Source: Owenia fusiformis (taxonomy: Eukaryota). From it: DNA of 64,000 bases. The notes beneath the pieces were generated by a model. That model saw only the letters and a program-made list of their open reading frames with translations, searched no databases and had not been told where the DNA came from. The position numbers and the translations under genes were made by a program. Location of the stretch: positions 7,130,001 to 7,194,000 of the forward strand of contig CAIIXF020000001.1 in the NCBI GenBank assembly GCA_903813345.2, given 5' to 3'. Shown piece by piece: positions 23,723 through 34,659 of the stretch (position 1 is its first letter; the number at the start of each line of letters is the position of its first letter).

Positions 23723-26482
23723 TGTTACGACCCTCGTGTGGTAGCGTGGTTTGGGGGTCGCAAACAGAATACAGTCTAAGAATCAATAGTTTGATTTGAT
23801 GTTTTCATTAACTTAGTTTCGGGACAAGTTCAAGTAAAAGTTGAAATGTGTATCCCTATTTATTTGAACAACATCCGTGTTCACAGTATCATAACAAAAT
23901 TGGATCAAATTGGGATAAATTTTGCGATGAAAATTTAGGGATAATTTAGGGATAAATTTAGGGATAAAAATTTAGGGATAAATTCTGGGATAAAAATAAT
24001 TGGGATGAAGTGGGACAATTTCGGGATAACAATTACGGGATAACAAAATCTGAATATAGACTAAGTAAGATTTGGCAGTTTTCAATGTAAGTTGTTTGTC
24101 TCATAAAGGCGAATGGCAACAGACTCCAGATTCTGAATGTGCCCAGTGTTCAGTTGTATCAAATAAGTATAATGTTAGGGTGTGAGTATAACCAGGTAGA
24201 AGTCTTAGCCACTGGGGGCTACAATGGACTTCAAGCTGTATATAAAGCTCACTGTTCACACTTAAAATGGGAGATTTTGTAAGAATTAACGTAGGGCTAT
24301 TTCAAATCAAGAGTCTGTCAAACTCATCAGGGGATAATATTACTTGTACACCATTTAAACAAGCAAGTAAGAAAACATTGGAAGTAAATGATGTTTGAGG
24401 TAACGACTGGGAACCAGGGTGAATGAAATTCTCACTAATATTCTCAATAAGATAAAGGTTAAATAAGAAAGTAAGATCCTGGATTGTACTTTAGCTTTGC
24501 ACTATTGCATAGTTTCTGGGAAAATATATGTATGACTTATTGTGAGTGATTGTTATTCAAAGAAGCCCTTAGCAAATATGAGCTAAGATAAAGCTTGTTG
24601 CTTGAATGTTAGTATCACTGAAGTCACCTGGAATTTAGTCAGAATCTATTTTGAATCCAGAATCTACTTTAGATAAAATGAGGGGGGATTTCTAACATAT
24701 ATATAAACAATTGAACACAAGAAGTGATATTCTGTGGATTTTTATATAATGTATAAAAACGACTCTATTTCTATGTACTAATCTACACAAACATTACACA
24801 ATTCAGTACTGCCGAGATGGTATATCAAGTAAATAATCTCTCAAACCAAACATGCATAAAACAGCACAGCTCACCCAAAAATGTAACTCAACAGTGCAAT
24901 TTTATATAATCCCTGGTGGGGTTGAAATCAGCTCTCTATACTACTCACATGAAAAGTAGAACATCATTTTGCCACTATCAGACTATGGTACAATTGGCAA
25001 GTAAACAGGAAACAGTATTTTAAAAGTATTCCAGTATCTATAATGAATTAGAATGTGGTTAACATAGAATTAGACCAGACATGGAAAACTAGAAGGGGAG
25101 GGGGTGTCTTAAGTCCGAAAATGGGCTTTGAATGACCGTGATCCTTAAAAGTACTGAACTTCAAAATGTCTGGACAGAGGCTTTAAAAGAAGCTTTAGTC
25201 TTAAAAGTGACTTCCAATGAACCTCGAAGGTACTTAATGTCAAAATATCCAAAATAGTCTTAAACTAGGCTTAAAGTCTTAAATTGAGCTTCAAATGTCC
25301 TTGACCCTTAAAAGTACTTCAATGATCAGTTGTTTGATAATGGTCCCATAAGCTCGTTATTTCACCTTTAAATTACCCAGAATTTAACATACAAATATAC
25401 AAACGAGTATTTCTAGTGTATTAATAAAATTTACCCTGTGAACAAACTAAATACAGTCCCAAACTGGATGGGGGGGGGGGAAGATGTCGTATAGAGGTGT
25501 CTATGAACCCCTGGAATTTGCAGTTGACTCTGGTTTAGAGCAAGCTACATAAGGTTCGTAAAGACAGTAACTTTCCGTACACCTTGTCAAATATTCCCAA
25601 ACGATTCCCTGTGGGGATGTTGTATAGAAGGTTCCATAAGGAACCCCGGGAACTTGCTTTCGACGCTGGTTAATAAGTTACATAGGTTCTTTAAGACAAA
25701 AACTCTGCGTGTAACTTTGCGTTAACCTTGTCAAATGTTCCTTAACAATCCCTGGGACAATTTAAACACGGGATGTTCACAAGGCAAATAAATAAAATTA
25801 AGGAAATAAATCAAGTTTACAGATACTTCTTTTCAAAGACTAAAACTCTGCAAAAATACAATTAGATCAAGTCAATTACCTTTACCAACTCGTACACCTA
25901 AGTTGGTTTATCTGCGGCAATATAAATATCCAATTTTAGTGACGATTTAATGTTTAAAATTCCACAAAATGTTTTCCATGTCTGGCCGGCTTGAATTCGA
26001 ATCATAAAAGCACAGAAAAAGACAATTCACTTAAATCGTGCTTATTTACTTAAATCAAGCTTAATAAGCCTCACTTTGGATTTTGAAAACAAACCCAGAC
26101 AACTGCCCTTTCTAAAAAGTTTGTAACATAACATTAAACATGAAACTGGGCCTAAAACCTTCATATTAAACTCATATTATGAACAAAATGTATATGTTGA
26201 CATTAATCCTGTAAATAATATTACATGAAAAACACAAGAGAAGGTTATTAACCCAAATATAAATATAGAGAAAAATGATTAAACTCTAACCATACTTTAA
26301 GAGTATAGCCAAAGTAGTAATACTGACTACCCTTTTACAGAATTTAAATTATTGTATAACTCTTTAAATATTGAGTAACTAAAAGCACAATTGATAAAGT
26401 GAAGAGCAAAAAGTTAAACAAAGTGACAATCCTTCAAGGCAATTCCATTACCATGCTCAAAGTAATCTGAAGGATCGTCACA
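23723..26482 (-). repeat. 3' LTR (2,760 bp)
   Basis: Preceded on the minus strand by the PPT. Candidate polyA signal AATAAA at 23864-23859. Confidence 0.95.
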
Positions 26483-26496
26483 CTGCTCCCCCTTTT
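26483..26496 (-). promoter_or_regulatory. Polypurine tract
   Basis: AAAAGGGGGAGCAG immediately before the 3' LTR on the minus strand. Confidence 0.88.
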
Positions 26497-28206
26497 AAAA
26501 GAGTTCGTCCTCGAACTATGAAATTATTGATAAAAGATGCAAATTATATATAAACACATTACCTAAAGTAAGCATTTCACACATCATTTACTACAACATA
26601 GTACCTAGTAAAGGAATTGATAAACATATATACACAATAAGGTTTTAATGTTTAATCAGTTTACTACTTAATAAACATAAGTCTAAATCAAATACAATGT
26701 TAGTTTACACTTTTCTCGATTTCTCAACTGAAATACATAACATAAAAAGGCTAGCATAATCTAATAAACAATCACATTTAATTACAAAAAATGTCTCTAG
26801 CAGCATTAGTGTCTTCCTTCTTTCTCTTGTAGGTCATGGTTCTTGTCAAGGGTTGAAGTAATATCCATACTGTCTGCATTAAGTTTATCAAACGTTCTTA
26901 CCATCACATTAATTGATGATACAGTCATTGTCACTGGTTCCCCACTATAATAAGGGAATATGTTAAGTATTTGGCATGGTCTCCAGTACAATATAAAATT
27001 GAGATTGTCAGCCATTCTTCGTGTCCTTCCTCAAAATGCAGAGTCATCACAAAGCTGCAGAATTAATTCTCATAAGTATAGAGTACATGTCTCTGTTTAT
27101 AAGCTTTAATTCTCAATGTCAATATTAAGAGTGGCTCCCAATATCGTCGCTTCATTGGGTACACCAAATAAGTCACTTTAATCGAACAGCAATCATGATA
27201 GTGTTCATTAAGATTACTTTTATATAGCATAGTGTACAATGTTCATTAGGTTGAAGGTCATCACATGGTTCATGCTGGGCTGAAATAAAACTGTTAGTCC
27301 TGGAAATAAGATTAGTTATTCACATAGTACAATAATAAATTTTGAATATCACACATGTGATATGAATTGGCCGAAATAAAGGGTTTTCAAATGAGATTGA
27401 ATCAATCAAACGTATGATCAAGATATATCCTTTCACAATCAGCTTCGGATTGGTAGCATTCAGATAACATCTCATAACATTTGTACTGGGAATGATTCAA
27501 ATTCAGTCACCAAGTCATTTTTGGTACAAAGGCAGTTAGGGAGGTGAGGTAGGATTCAAACTTGATGGGAACATCCATTGCTTTGGATGGGATCACAAGC
27601 TGGTACAGTTGCTTGAAAGTGGAACTGGGGGTATGAGGGGAACCTACAGTCAGTAGTAGGGAAACACTTCGATGAAGCAAATGGACAGAGCTCTTGTCCA
27701 TCGGGCACTCACCCCCAGAGGGTCACAAGTTGATCCACCTCATTTAAACAGAAGCAGGGACAAAACTATAATATTTCAATGTCATTTGGATTCCAATAGA
27801 CTTGTTTCCCAAAGCGTAAACAGGCTTCATGGCCGTAAACATTGGTTGATCAGGCCAATGTTCACAATGAACCCCATTGCTTGAGTAAAGTAGGTCACTG
27901 GTAATCCAGAACATATTGACAATCAAATAATGCTCTGCTGTGGTCATGTCATCACTACCACTGAGCATTGTAGTTTAAGCTTATCAGGAATCAAAGCTTC
28001 AACAGCTCAGGACATCTGGTAGACATAAGATGAGAAACATCAGGAATGGGACAGGAAAACTTCAGTAAAGAAAAATAAAATTCGTTTTTTTCTTACATTC
28101 ACATCAAACACATATCGTTTCACCAGCCACTCTTTGGAAGGATATGATGTACCTGTGGTGGCTTGGACTTACTATACAGATACATTCATGCAAGTTAGCT
28201 TAAAAG

Positions 28207-31200
28207 CTAACTTAGCCTTCCCTTAAGGGAGGGGCATGCATTTACACAGTGAGTGTCCTGGGCACAATAGAAGCATACTGTAGCTCCAGGAACTTTGGAG
28301 TTTGGATGTCTTTTGGTACAATCAAATACTGAATGACTTCCAGAGTCACATATTTTACAGTATTTTCTTTTCAGTTTGGAATCAGGTTTCTCCTTTGTTA
28401 TAGTTTGAGTCAGATTTCGTGCTAAAGCCTCTATCTTTTGCTCAACTATTTCCATCACATCATTCTCAGAAAGAGATAATGAGGTAGATGAGTTAACCTG
28501 AACAGGAGTTGGAGTAGCACATACACCAGGGTCTTGGAAACGTTCAAGTCTTTTCTTTCTTCCCTTGAAGAAAGCTTCATATTGTAAAGCCATGGTAAGA
28601 GCTTCATTGAGGGTTTTAGGGTTAGAAAAAGAAAGCTTGGATTCCAGTTCTTCATTATTCAAAGCATCAATGAAGGCCTGTGTAGCTAGGTCATCAATTG
28701 TCTTCTTTGACATGCTTGACTTCCCAAAAGCTTGTCTTGACAATTTTCTTATATCATGGGCTAACTTTTCAAGAGGCTCATTATTGCCCCTTAACTTATG
28801 TTTAAGCTCGGCACGGGCATGGTTACTTTGTTCGGGTGGTTCATAGTTAATTTTCAGGACATTTATGATACTAGCTAAGGTTGGCAGGTCTTCATCATCC
28901 AAATCATCTAAAACATTGACAGCCTCTCCTTCAAGACTCCTCACCATAAAGATGGCAGATTCTTCATCTGTCCAACCATTTATGTTAGAGACAAGTCTAA
29001 ATTGGACAAGAAAAGCTGAGAGACTGCACTTTCCATTGAAAAGTGGTGCTTTCATTTCCTTTCTAGAAAACGAAGTACCTCTTCTTTGCTTTTCAAGTCC
29101 AGTACAGGATTCCTGATCAGATGTATTAGGACTGGATATAAACAGATCATTGGGTTTTTCGATCCGTCTGTAGAGACCAGGGGAACTTGGATTCACTTTT
29201 GATCTACTCATAACTGTAGATCTAAGGGGAGGTAAACTATTTTCCATAGCAGATTCATACTCATCAGAATTATTCATGTAGTAAAATGGCCTTTGTCTAG
29301 TTTTTGTATGGTAAGATGGGCATTTCATACTATATTCTACATAATCTCGGTCAGAAAATTCAACAGCGGTTTCAAATTCTGGAGAGGGGAATAGTGATTC
29401 AGCTCGGGAGGATCTAGCATAATCCTCGTTTACCCCCTGTTTGAAGGGGAATTTTTGACAAGGTGTGCACACACTACAAGCATCCTGGGCTGACATCTCA
29501 TGGGAGGGCAAGGCACTTCTGTTATAGCCAGGTATTTGAGCATCAAGCCATGAATGTGTCTCCAAATCTGAATCATAGGTCTGATCCACACTTTTGGGTA
29601 GACAATATGGCTGTCTGCGATTGGCAGAAAACTTAGTGCTTTGAGATGATTTGTCTGATAAACTGAACATATCAGATCTATCAACAACTTGGATTTTGCA
29701 AGGAGGGGATTTACTAGATTCACATAAAACTCTATCATTAGGCCTCTTTAAATCTTGTCTACAAAGGGTACTTTCGGGTTGATGCATACATTCATAACGT
29801 TTGGACTTAATATCCGAGTATGGGACAGTCTGCTCAGTTAAAAATTCAGCATGTTTCAACTTGTTAGGTTCACTTAATTGAGTAATCTCTTTTGTTACTT
29901 TAGGGACATTTGGAAGCTGGAAATCCCTGTTGAGATCACATGACTCATCAGCTGATAGTGCCTCTTTAGGCAAACCTCTTGTGTATTTAAGGTCATTACA
30001 CATTGAGAGTGGTATTCTATCAGATGGGATCAGTAAAGAGCTTTGCAAAGTCTGTTTTAACAGTTCACCCCCATATGCTTCCTGGAGCATGTCACTCTCA
30101 TGAGGTACTGGTAGCACCGGAGGAAGGGATGGAACCTGGTAGTTGACTTGCACATCCTTTACTACTCCCATTTTGCTAGAATGACCTAACAAATCATAGT
30201 TTGGCTTTGTATAGTCGTCTTTTCTCTCTTGTTTGACATAAATTTGGGACTTCAGTGTCAAATTACGGGAATGAGAGAAATCTGGGGTCTTTGGTCTAAA
30301 TCTGGGAATGTCAGTTATCTTTATTGGGGGAAGTAATGGTCTAAATGGAGAGGACTGAAATTTGTTTGGCCAGCTCTGTGGCTCATTTTTCTGATTCGCA
30401 CTTGGTAATAGAGGAGAAGTATGCATTGAATGTTTGCTTGGGTTTAAATCAGAAAAACTGCCATGACTTGCAGATCTTCCATGAGAAGAAACCTTTGTGG
30501 ATGTCATTAAACCCTGTCCAGACTTTCTACCAGCTGTATGAGTAGATGCACTGGATGGCTTACCAGGGTAAGCACGAGGGAGTGTTTGGACATCTAAGGG
30601 TTTTCTAGATTGGAATGTTCCCATTGTTGACAGTTTATCCAATGGTTTTTGCAATTCAGAGGACTTAGCAATTTGAGAATCACTTGTCCTTTCATACTTA
30701 GGGTGTAAAACTCTTTGATCATTAGGCCCTAAATCCGTTTTTAAATAGGGGGCTAAACTGAGGGGTGAAAAAGCTTGTTTAGTAGTAGCTCTTGTTCCAT
30801 TGGCTGGAAGAGGCTTTAAAGGAGGTGTTTTAGATGGCATTCCCCCATAAGCACCCATCAGGGTTTCCCTTTCAAGGGACCCAGGTGCACCAGCTATGGG
30901 GGGTTCATATGCCCCACCTCTACTACTCACACTTTTTTCACCATTTTTTGAAGATACCAAATTCATGTCATTTTTGGGGTCTTTAGTCTCCTGCTTAACC
31001 CTTTTAAGCAGGGAATTAAACAACCTACCCTTGGGAAGTGGTCTAGGCCTATCTAACAGTAATTTAGGAATGCGCGTCAATTTGACAGGTGGAGAAACCT
31101 TAAAAGATGGTCTCTTTATTGGGGGTGGTGTAGTTACTGATGATTCAAGTGGAAGTGTATCGTCTTGAGCCAATTTCAACTCTTGTTCATTAAGGTGTTG

Positions 31201-31359
31201 ATGGCCCAATACAACTTCAGAATCATCAAACCACCCGGGGATAATAGTGTCAAAAGTTTCCGCCTGCGATTTCTGGCTAGACAAGGGTCTTTCAGTGGAT
31301 TCGGACATGTGTAATGGGGTGCGCTTAGCGAGATTAAAAATGTCCAACTTTTCCGACAT
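28207..31359 (-). CDS. gag: Gag-like protein (~1,050 aa): long S/P-rich N-terminal region, Ty3/gypsy capsid domain, two CCHC zinc knuckles
   Basis: Uninterrupted ORF with the first ATG ~105 nt after the PBS. Capsid-like segment PLFNGK..FLVQF..VSNINGW..SLEGEA..ARAELKHKLRGNNEPLEKLAHDIRKL..AFIDAL..PKTLNEAL. Knuckles CKICDSGSHSVFDC and CFYCAQDTHCVNAC fit CX2CX4HX4C. Confidence 0.92.
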   Translation of the reverse strand: MSEKLDIFNLAKRTPLHMSESTERPLSSQKSQAETFDTIIPGWFDDSEVVLGHQHLNEQELKLAQDDTLPLESSVTTPPPIKRPSFKVSPPVKLTRIPKLLLDRPRPLPKGRLFNSLLKRVKQETKDPKNDMNLVSSKNGEKSVSSRGGAYEPPIAGAPGSLERETLMGAYGGMPSKTPPLKPLPANGTRATTKQAFSPLSLAPYLKTDLGPNDQRVLHPKYERTSDSQIAKSSELQKPLDKLSTMGTFQSRKPLDVQTLPRAYPGKPSSASTHTAGRKSGQGLMTSTKVSSHGRSASHGSFSDLNPSKHSMHTSPLLPSANQKNEPQSWPNKFQSSPFRPLLPPIKITDIPRFRPKTPDFSHSRNLTLKSQIYVKQERKDDYTKPNYDLLGHSSKMGVVKDVQVNYQVPSLPPVLPVPHESDMLQEAYGGELLKQTLQSSLLIPSDRIPLSMCNDLKYTRGLPKEALSADESCDLNRDFQLPNVPKVTKEITQLSEPNKLKHAEFLTEQTVPYSDIKSKRYECMHQPESTLCRQDLKRPNDRVLCESSKSPPCKIQVVDRSDMFSLSDKSSQSTKFSANRRQPYCLPKSVDQTYDSDLETHSWLDAQIPGYNRSALPSHEMSAQDACSVCTPCQKFPFKQGVNEDYARSSRAESLFPSPEFETAVEFSDRDYVEYSMKCPSYHTKTRQRPFYYMNNSDEYESAMENSLPPLRSTVMSRSKVNPSSPGLYRRIEKPNDLFISSPNTSDQESCTGLEKQRRGTSFSRKEMKAPLFNGKCSLSAFLVQFRLVSNINGWTDEESAIFMVRSLEGEAVNVLDDLDDEDLPTLASIINVLKINYEPPEQSNHARAELKHKLRGNNEPLEKLAHDIRKLSRQAFGKSSMSKKTIDDLATQAFIDALNNEELESKLSFSNPKTLNEALTMALQYEAFFKGRKKRLERFQDPGVCATPTPVQVNSSTSLSLSENDVMEIVEQKIEALARNLTQTITKEKPDSKLKRKYCKICDSGSHSVFDCTKRHPNSKVPGATVCFYCAQDTHCVNACPSLKGRLS

Positions 31360-31465
31360 TGTCAATTACAGTTAATGATCCCGCTTTGAATATTAATGAG
31401 TGCAAATTAGCATAAACGTAAGTAATGGCGTAAAAATGGGCTTGGGTCAATACTTCAAGTATTGC

Positions 31466-31483
31466 ATCCCACCGCTGCCACCA
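31466..31483 (-). promoter_or_regulatory. Primer-binding site complementary to the tRNA-Leu (AAG/TAG type) 3' end
   Basis: Minus strand TGGTGGCAGCGGTGGGAT, 4 nt after the 5' LTR. The plus strand ATCCCACCGCTGCCACCA equals the 3' 18 nt (with CCA) of the conserved animal tRNA-Leu(AAG/TAG), from recalled sequence. Confidence 0.85.
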
Positions 31484-31487
31484 TTTC

Positions 31488-34247
31488 TGTTACGACCCTC
31501 GTGTGGTAGCGTGGTTTGGGGGTCGCAAACAGAATACAGTCTAAGAATCAATAGTTTGATTTGATGTTTTCATTAACTTAGTTTCGGGACAAGTTCAAGT
31601 AAAAGTTGAAATGTGTATCCCTATTTATTTGAACAACATCCGTGTTCACAGTATCATAACAAAATTGGATCAAATTGGGATAAATTTTGCGATGAAAATT
31701 TAGGGATAATTTAGGGATAAATTTAGGGATAAAAATTTAGGGATAAATTCTGGGATAAAAATAATTGGGATGAAGTGGGACAATTTCGGGATAACAATTA
31801 CGGGATAACAAAATCTGAATATAGACTAAGTAAGATTTGGCAGTTTTCAATGTAAGTTGTTTGTCTCATAAAGGCGAATGGCAACAGACTCCAGATTCTG
31901 AATGTGCCCAGTGTTCAGTTGTATCAAATAAGTATAATGTTAGGGTGTGAGTATAACCAGGTAGAAGTCTTAGCCACTGGGGGCTACAATGGACTTCAAG
32001 CTGTATATAAAGCTCACTGTTCACACTTAAAATGGGAGATTTTGTAAGAATTAACGTAGGGCTATTTCAAATCAAGAGTCTGTCAAACTCATCAGGGGAT
32101 AATATTACTTGTACACCATTTAAACAAGCAAGTAAGAAAACATTGGAAGTAAATGATGTTTGAGGTAACGACTGGGAACCAGGGTGAATGAAATTCTCAC
32201 TAATATTCTCAATAAGATAAAGGTTAAATAAGAAAGTAAGATCCTGGATTGTACTTTAGCTTTGCACTATTGCATAGTTTCTGGGAAAATATATGTATGA
32301 CTTATTGTGAGTGATTGTTATTCAAAGAAGCCCTTAGCAAATATGAGCTAAGATAAAGCTTGTTGCTTGAATGTTAGTATCACTGAAGTCACCTGGAATT
32401 TAGTCAGAATCTATTTTGAATCCAGAATCTACTTTAGATAAAATGAGGGGGGATTTCTAACATATATATAAACAATTGAACACAAGAAGTGATATTCTGT
32501 GGATTTTTATATAATGTATAAAAACGACTCTATTTCTATGTACTAATCTACACAAACATTACACAATTCAGTACTGCCGAGATGGTATATCAAGTAAATA
32601 ATCTCTCAAACCAAACATGCATAAAACAGCACAGCTCACCCAAAAATGTAACTCAACAGTGCAATTTTATATAATCCCTGGTGGGGTTGAAATCAGCTCT
32701 CTATACTACTCACATGAAAAGTAGAACATCATTTTGCCACTATCAGACTATGGTACAATTGGCAAGTAAACAGGAAACAGTATTTTAAAAGTATTCCAGT
32801 ATCTATAATGAATTAGAATGTGGTTAACATAGAATTAGACCAGACATGGAAAACTAGAAGGGGAGGGGGTGTCTTAAGTCCGAAAATGGGCTTTGAATGA
32901 CCGTGATCCTTAAAAGTACTGAACTTCAAAATGTCTGGACAGAGGCTTTAAAAGAAGCTTTAGTCTTAAAAGTGACTTCCAATGAACCTCGAAGGTACTT
33001 AATGTCAAAATATCCAAAATAGTCTTAAACTAGGCTTAAAGTCTTAAATTGAGCTTCAAATGTCCTTGACCCTTAAAAGTACTTCAATGATCAGTTGTTT
33101 GATAATGGTCCCATAAGCTCGTTATTTCACCTTTAAATTACCCAGAATTTAACATACAAATATACAAACGAGTATTTCTAGTGTATTAATAAAATTTACC
33201 CTGTGAACAAACTAAATACAGTCCCAAACTGGATGGGGGGGGGGGAAGATGTCGTATAGAGGTGTCTATGAACCCCTGGAATTTGCAGTTGACTCTGGTT
33301 TAGAGCAAGCTACATAAGGTTCGTAAAGACAGTAACTTTCCGTACACCTTGTCAAATATTCCCAAACGATTCCCTGTGGGGATGTTGTATAGAAGGTTCC
33401 ATAAGGAACCCCGGGAACTTGCTTTCGACGCTGGTTAATAAGTTACATAGGTTCTTTAAGACAAAAACTCTGCGTGTAACTTTGCGTTAACCTTGTCAAA
33501 TGTTCCTTAACAATCCCTGGGACAATTTAAACACGGGATGTTCACAAGGCAAATAAATAAAATTAAGGAAATAAATCAAGTTTACAGATACTTCTTTTCA
33601 AAGACTAAAACTCTGCAAAAATACAATTAGATCAAGTCAATTACCTTTACCAACTCGTACACCTAAGTTGGTTTATCTGCGGCAATATAAATATCCAATT
33701 TTAGTGACGATTTAATGTTTAAAATTCCACAAAATGTTTTCCATGTCTGGCCGGCTTGAATTCGAATCATAAAAGCACAGAAAAAGACAATTCACTTAAA
33801 TCGTGCTTATTTACTTAAATCAAGCTTAATAAGCCTCACTTTGGATTTTGAAAACAAACCCAGACAACTGCCCTTTCTAAAAAGTTTGTAACATAACATT
33901 AAACATGAAACTGGGCCTAAAACCTTCATATTAAACTCATATTATGAACAAAATGTATATGTTGACATTAATCCTGTAAATAATATTACATGAAAAACAC
34001 AAGAGAAGGTTATTAACCCAAATATAAATATAGAGAAAAATGATTAAACTCTAACCATACTTTAAGAGTATAGCCAAAGTAGTAATACTGACTACCCTTT
34101 TACAGAATTTAAATTATTGTATAACTCTTTAAATATTGAGTAACTAAAAGCACAATTGATAAAGTGAAGAGCAAAAAGTTAAACAAAGTGACAATCCTTC
34201 AAGGCAATTCCATTACCATGCTCAAAGTAATCTGAAGGATCGTCACA
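31488..34247 (-). repeat. 5' LTR (2,760 bp)
   Basis: Same length as 23723-26482, with no differences seen on inspection (including an 11-G run). Followed on the minus strand by GAAA and the PBS. Confidence 0.95.
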
Positions 34248-34659
34248 CTTGCATCATTTACGACACCATCATTTACGATACCTAGTAGTACGAAAATAAC
34301 GGTTACCATACTCCTAGCTCTGAATAAAGTTTATAAAGCGGGAAATTTGAGAATTCATATTCATTTGAATCTGAATAAAGAAACACTACCACCTTTGTAG
34401 AGTAAATCCACACAATTTAAGGTATATATCACACCTAATATAGTATCGCTCTTGTAAAACGAAGATGTAGTGTTAATTTGATGTTATCTATGGCATAAAG
34501 ACAGTCAGTATAAATGTGAAGATGAATATAAAAACACTTTTCTATCATTCAATTTGAATTGAAGCTATAGTCTTGCGTTTTCTATGTCATAAATTACGTT
34601 ACCATAGGTAACGTAATTGATAAATTCTATTGCACACATTTTCTGTCGTCAAATCTTTA

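Larger units (their letters stand above)
23723..34247 (-). mobile_element. Non-autonomous gag-only Ty3/gypsy-type LTR retroelement (10.5 kb)
   Basis: Two 2,760-bp direct repeats with TG...CA ends (TGTGACGA...TCGTAACA on the minus strand), PBS, PPT and an intact gag ORF. No RT, RNase H or integrase ORF, and no TSD found. Confidence 0.93.

Noticed and set aside
23930-23985. Interstitial telomeric repeat (TTTAGGG)
   Set aside because: Motifs are separated by ATAA spacers and are part of the LTR, not a tandem telomeric tract.
28455-31168. Short antisense or alternative-frame ORFs overlapping gag
   Set aside because: Shadow ORFs of the long gag frame with no recognisable motifs.
28207-31359. Domesticated host gag gene
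   Set aside because: It is still bounded by complete, apparently identical LTRs with PBS and PPT, which indicates a mobile element.
31466-31483. tRNA-Leu gene
   Set aside because: Only the 3' 18 nt including CCA are present, next to an LTR, so it is a PBS.
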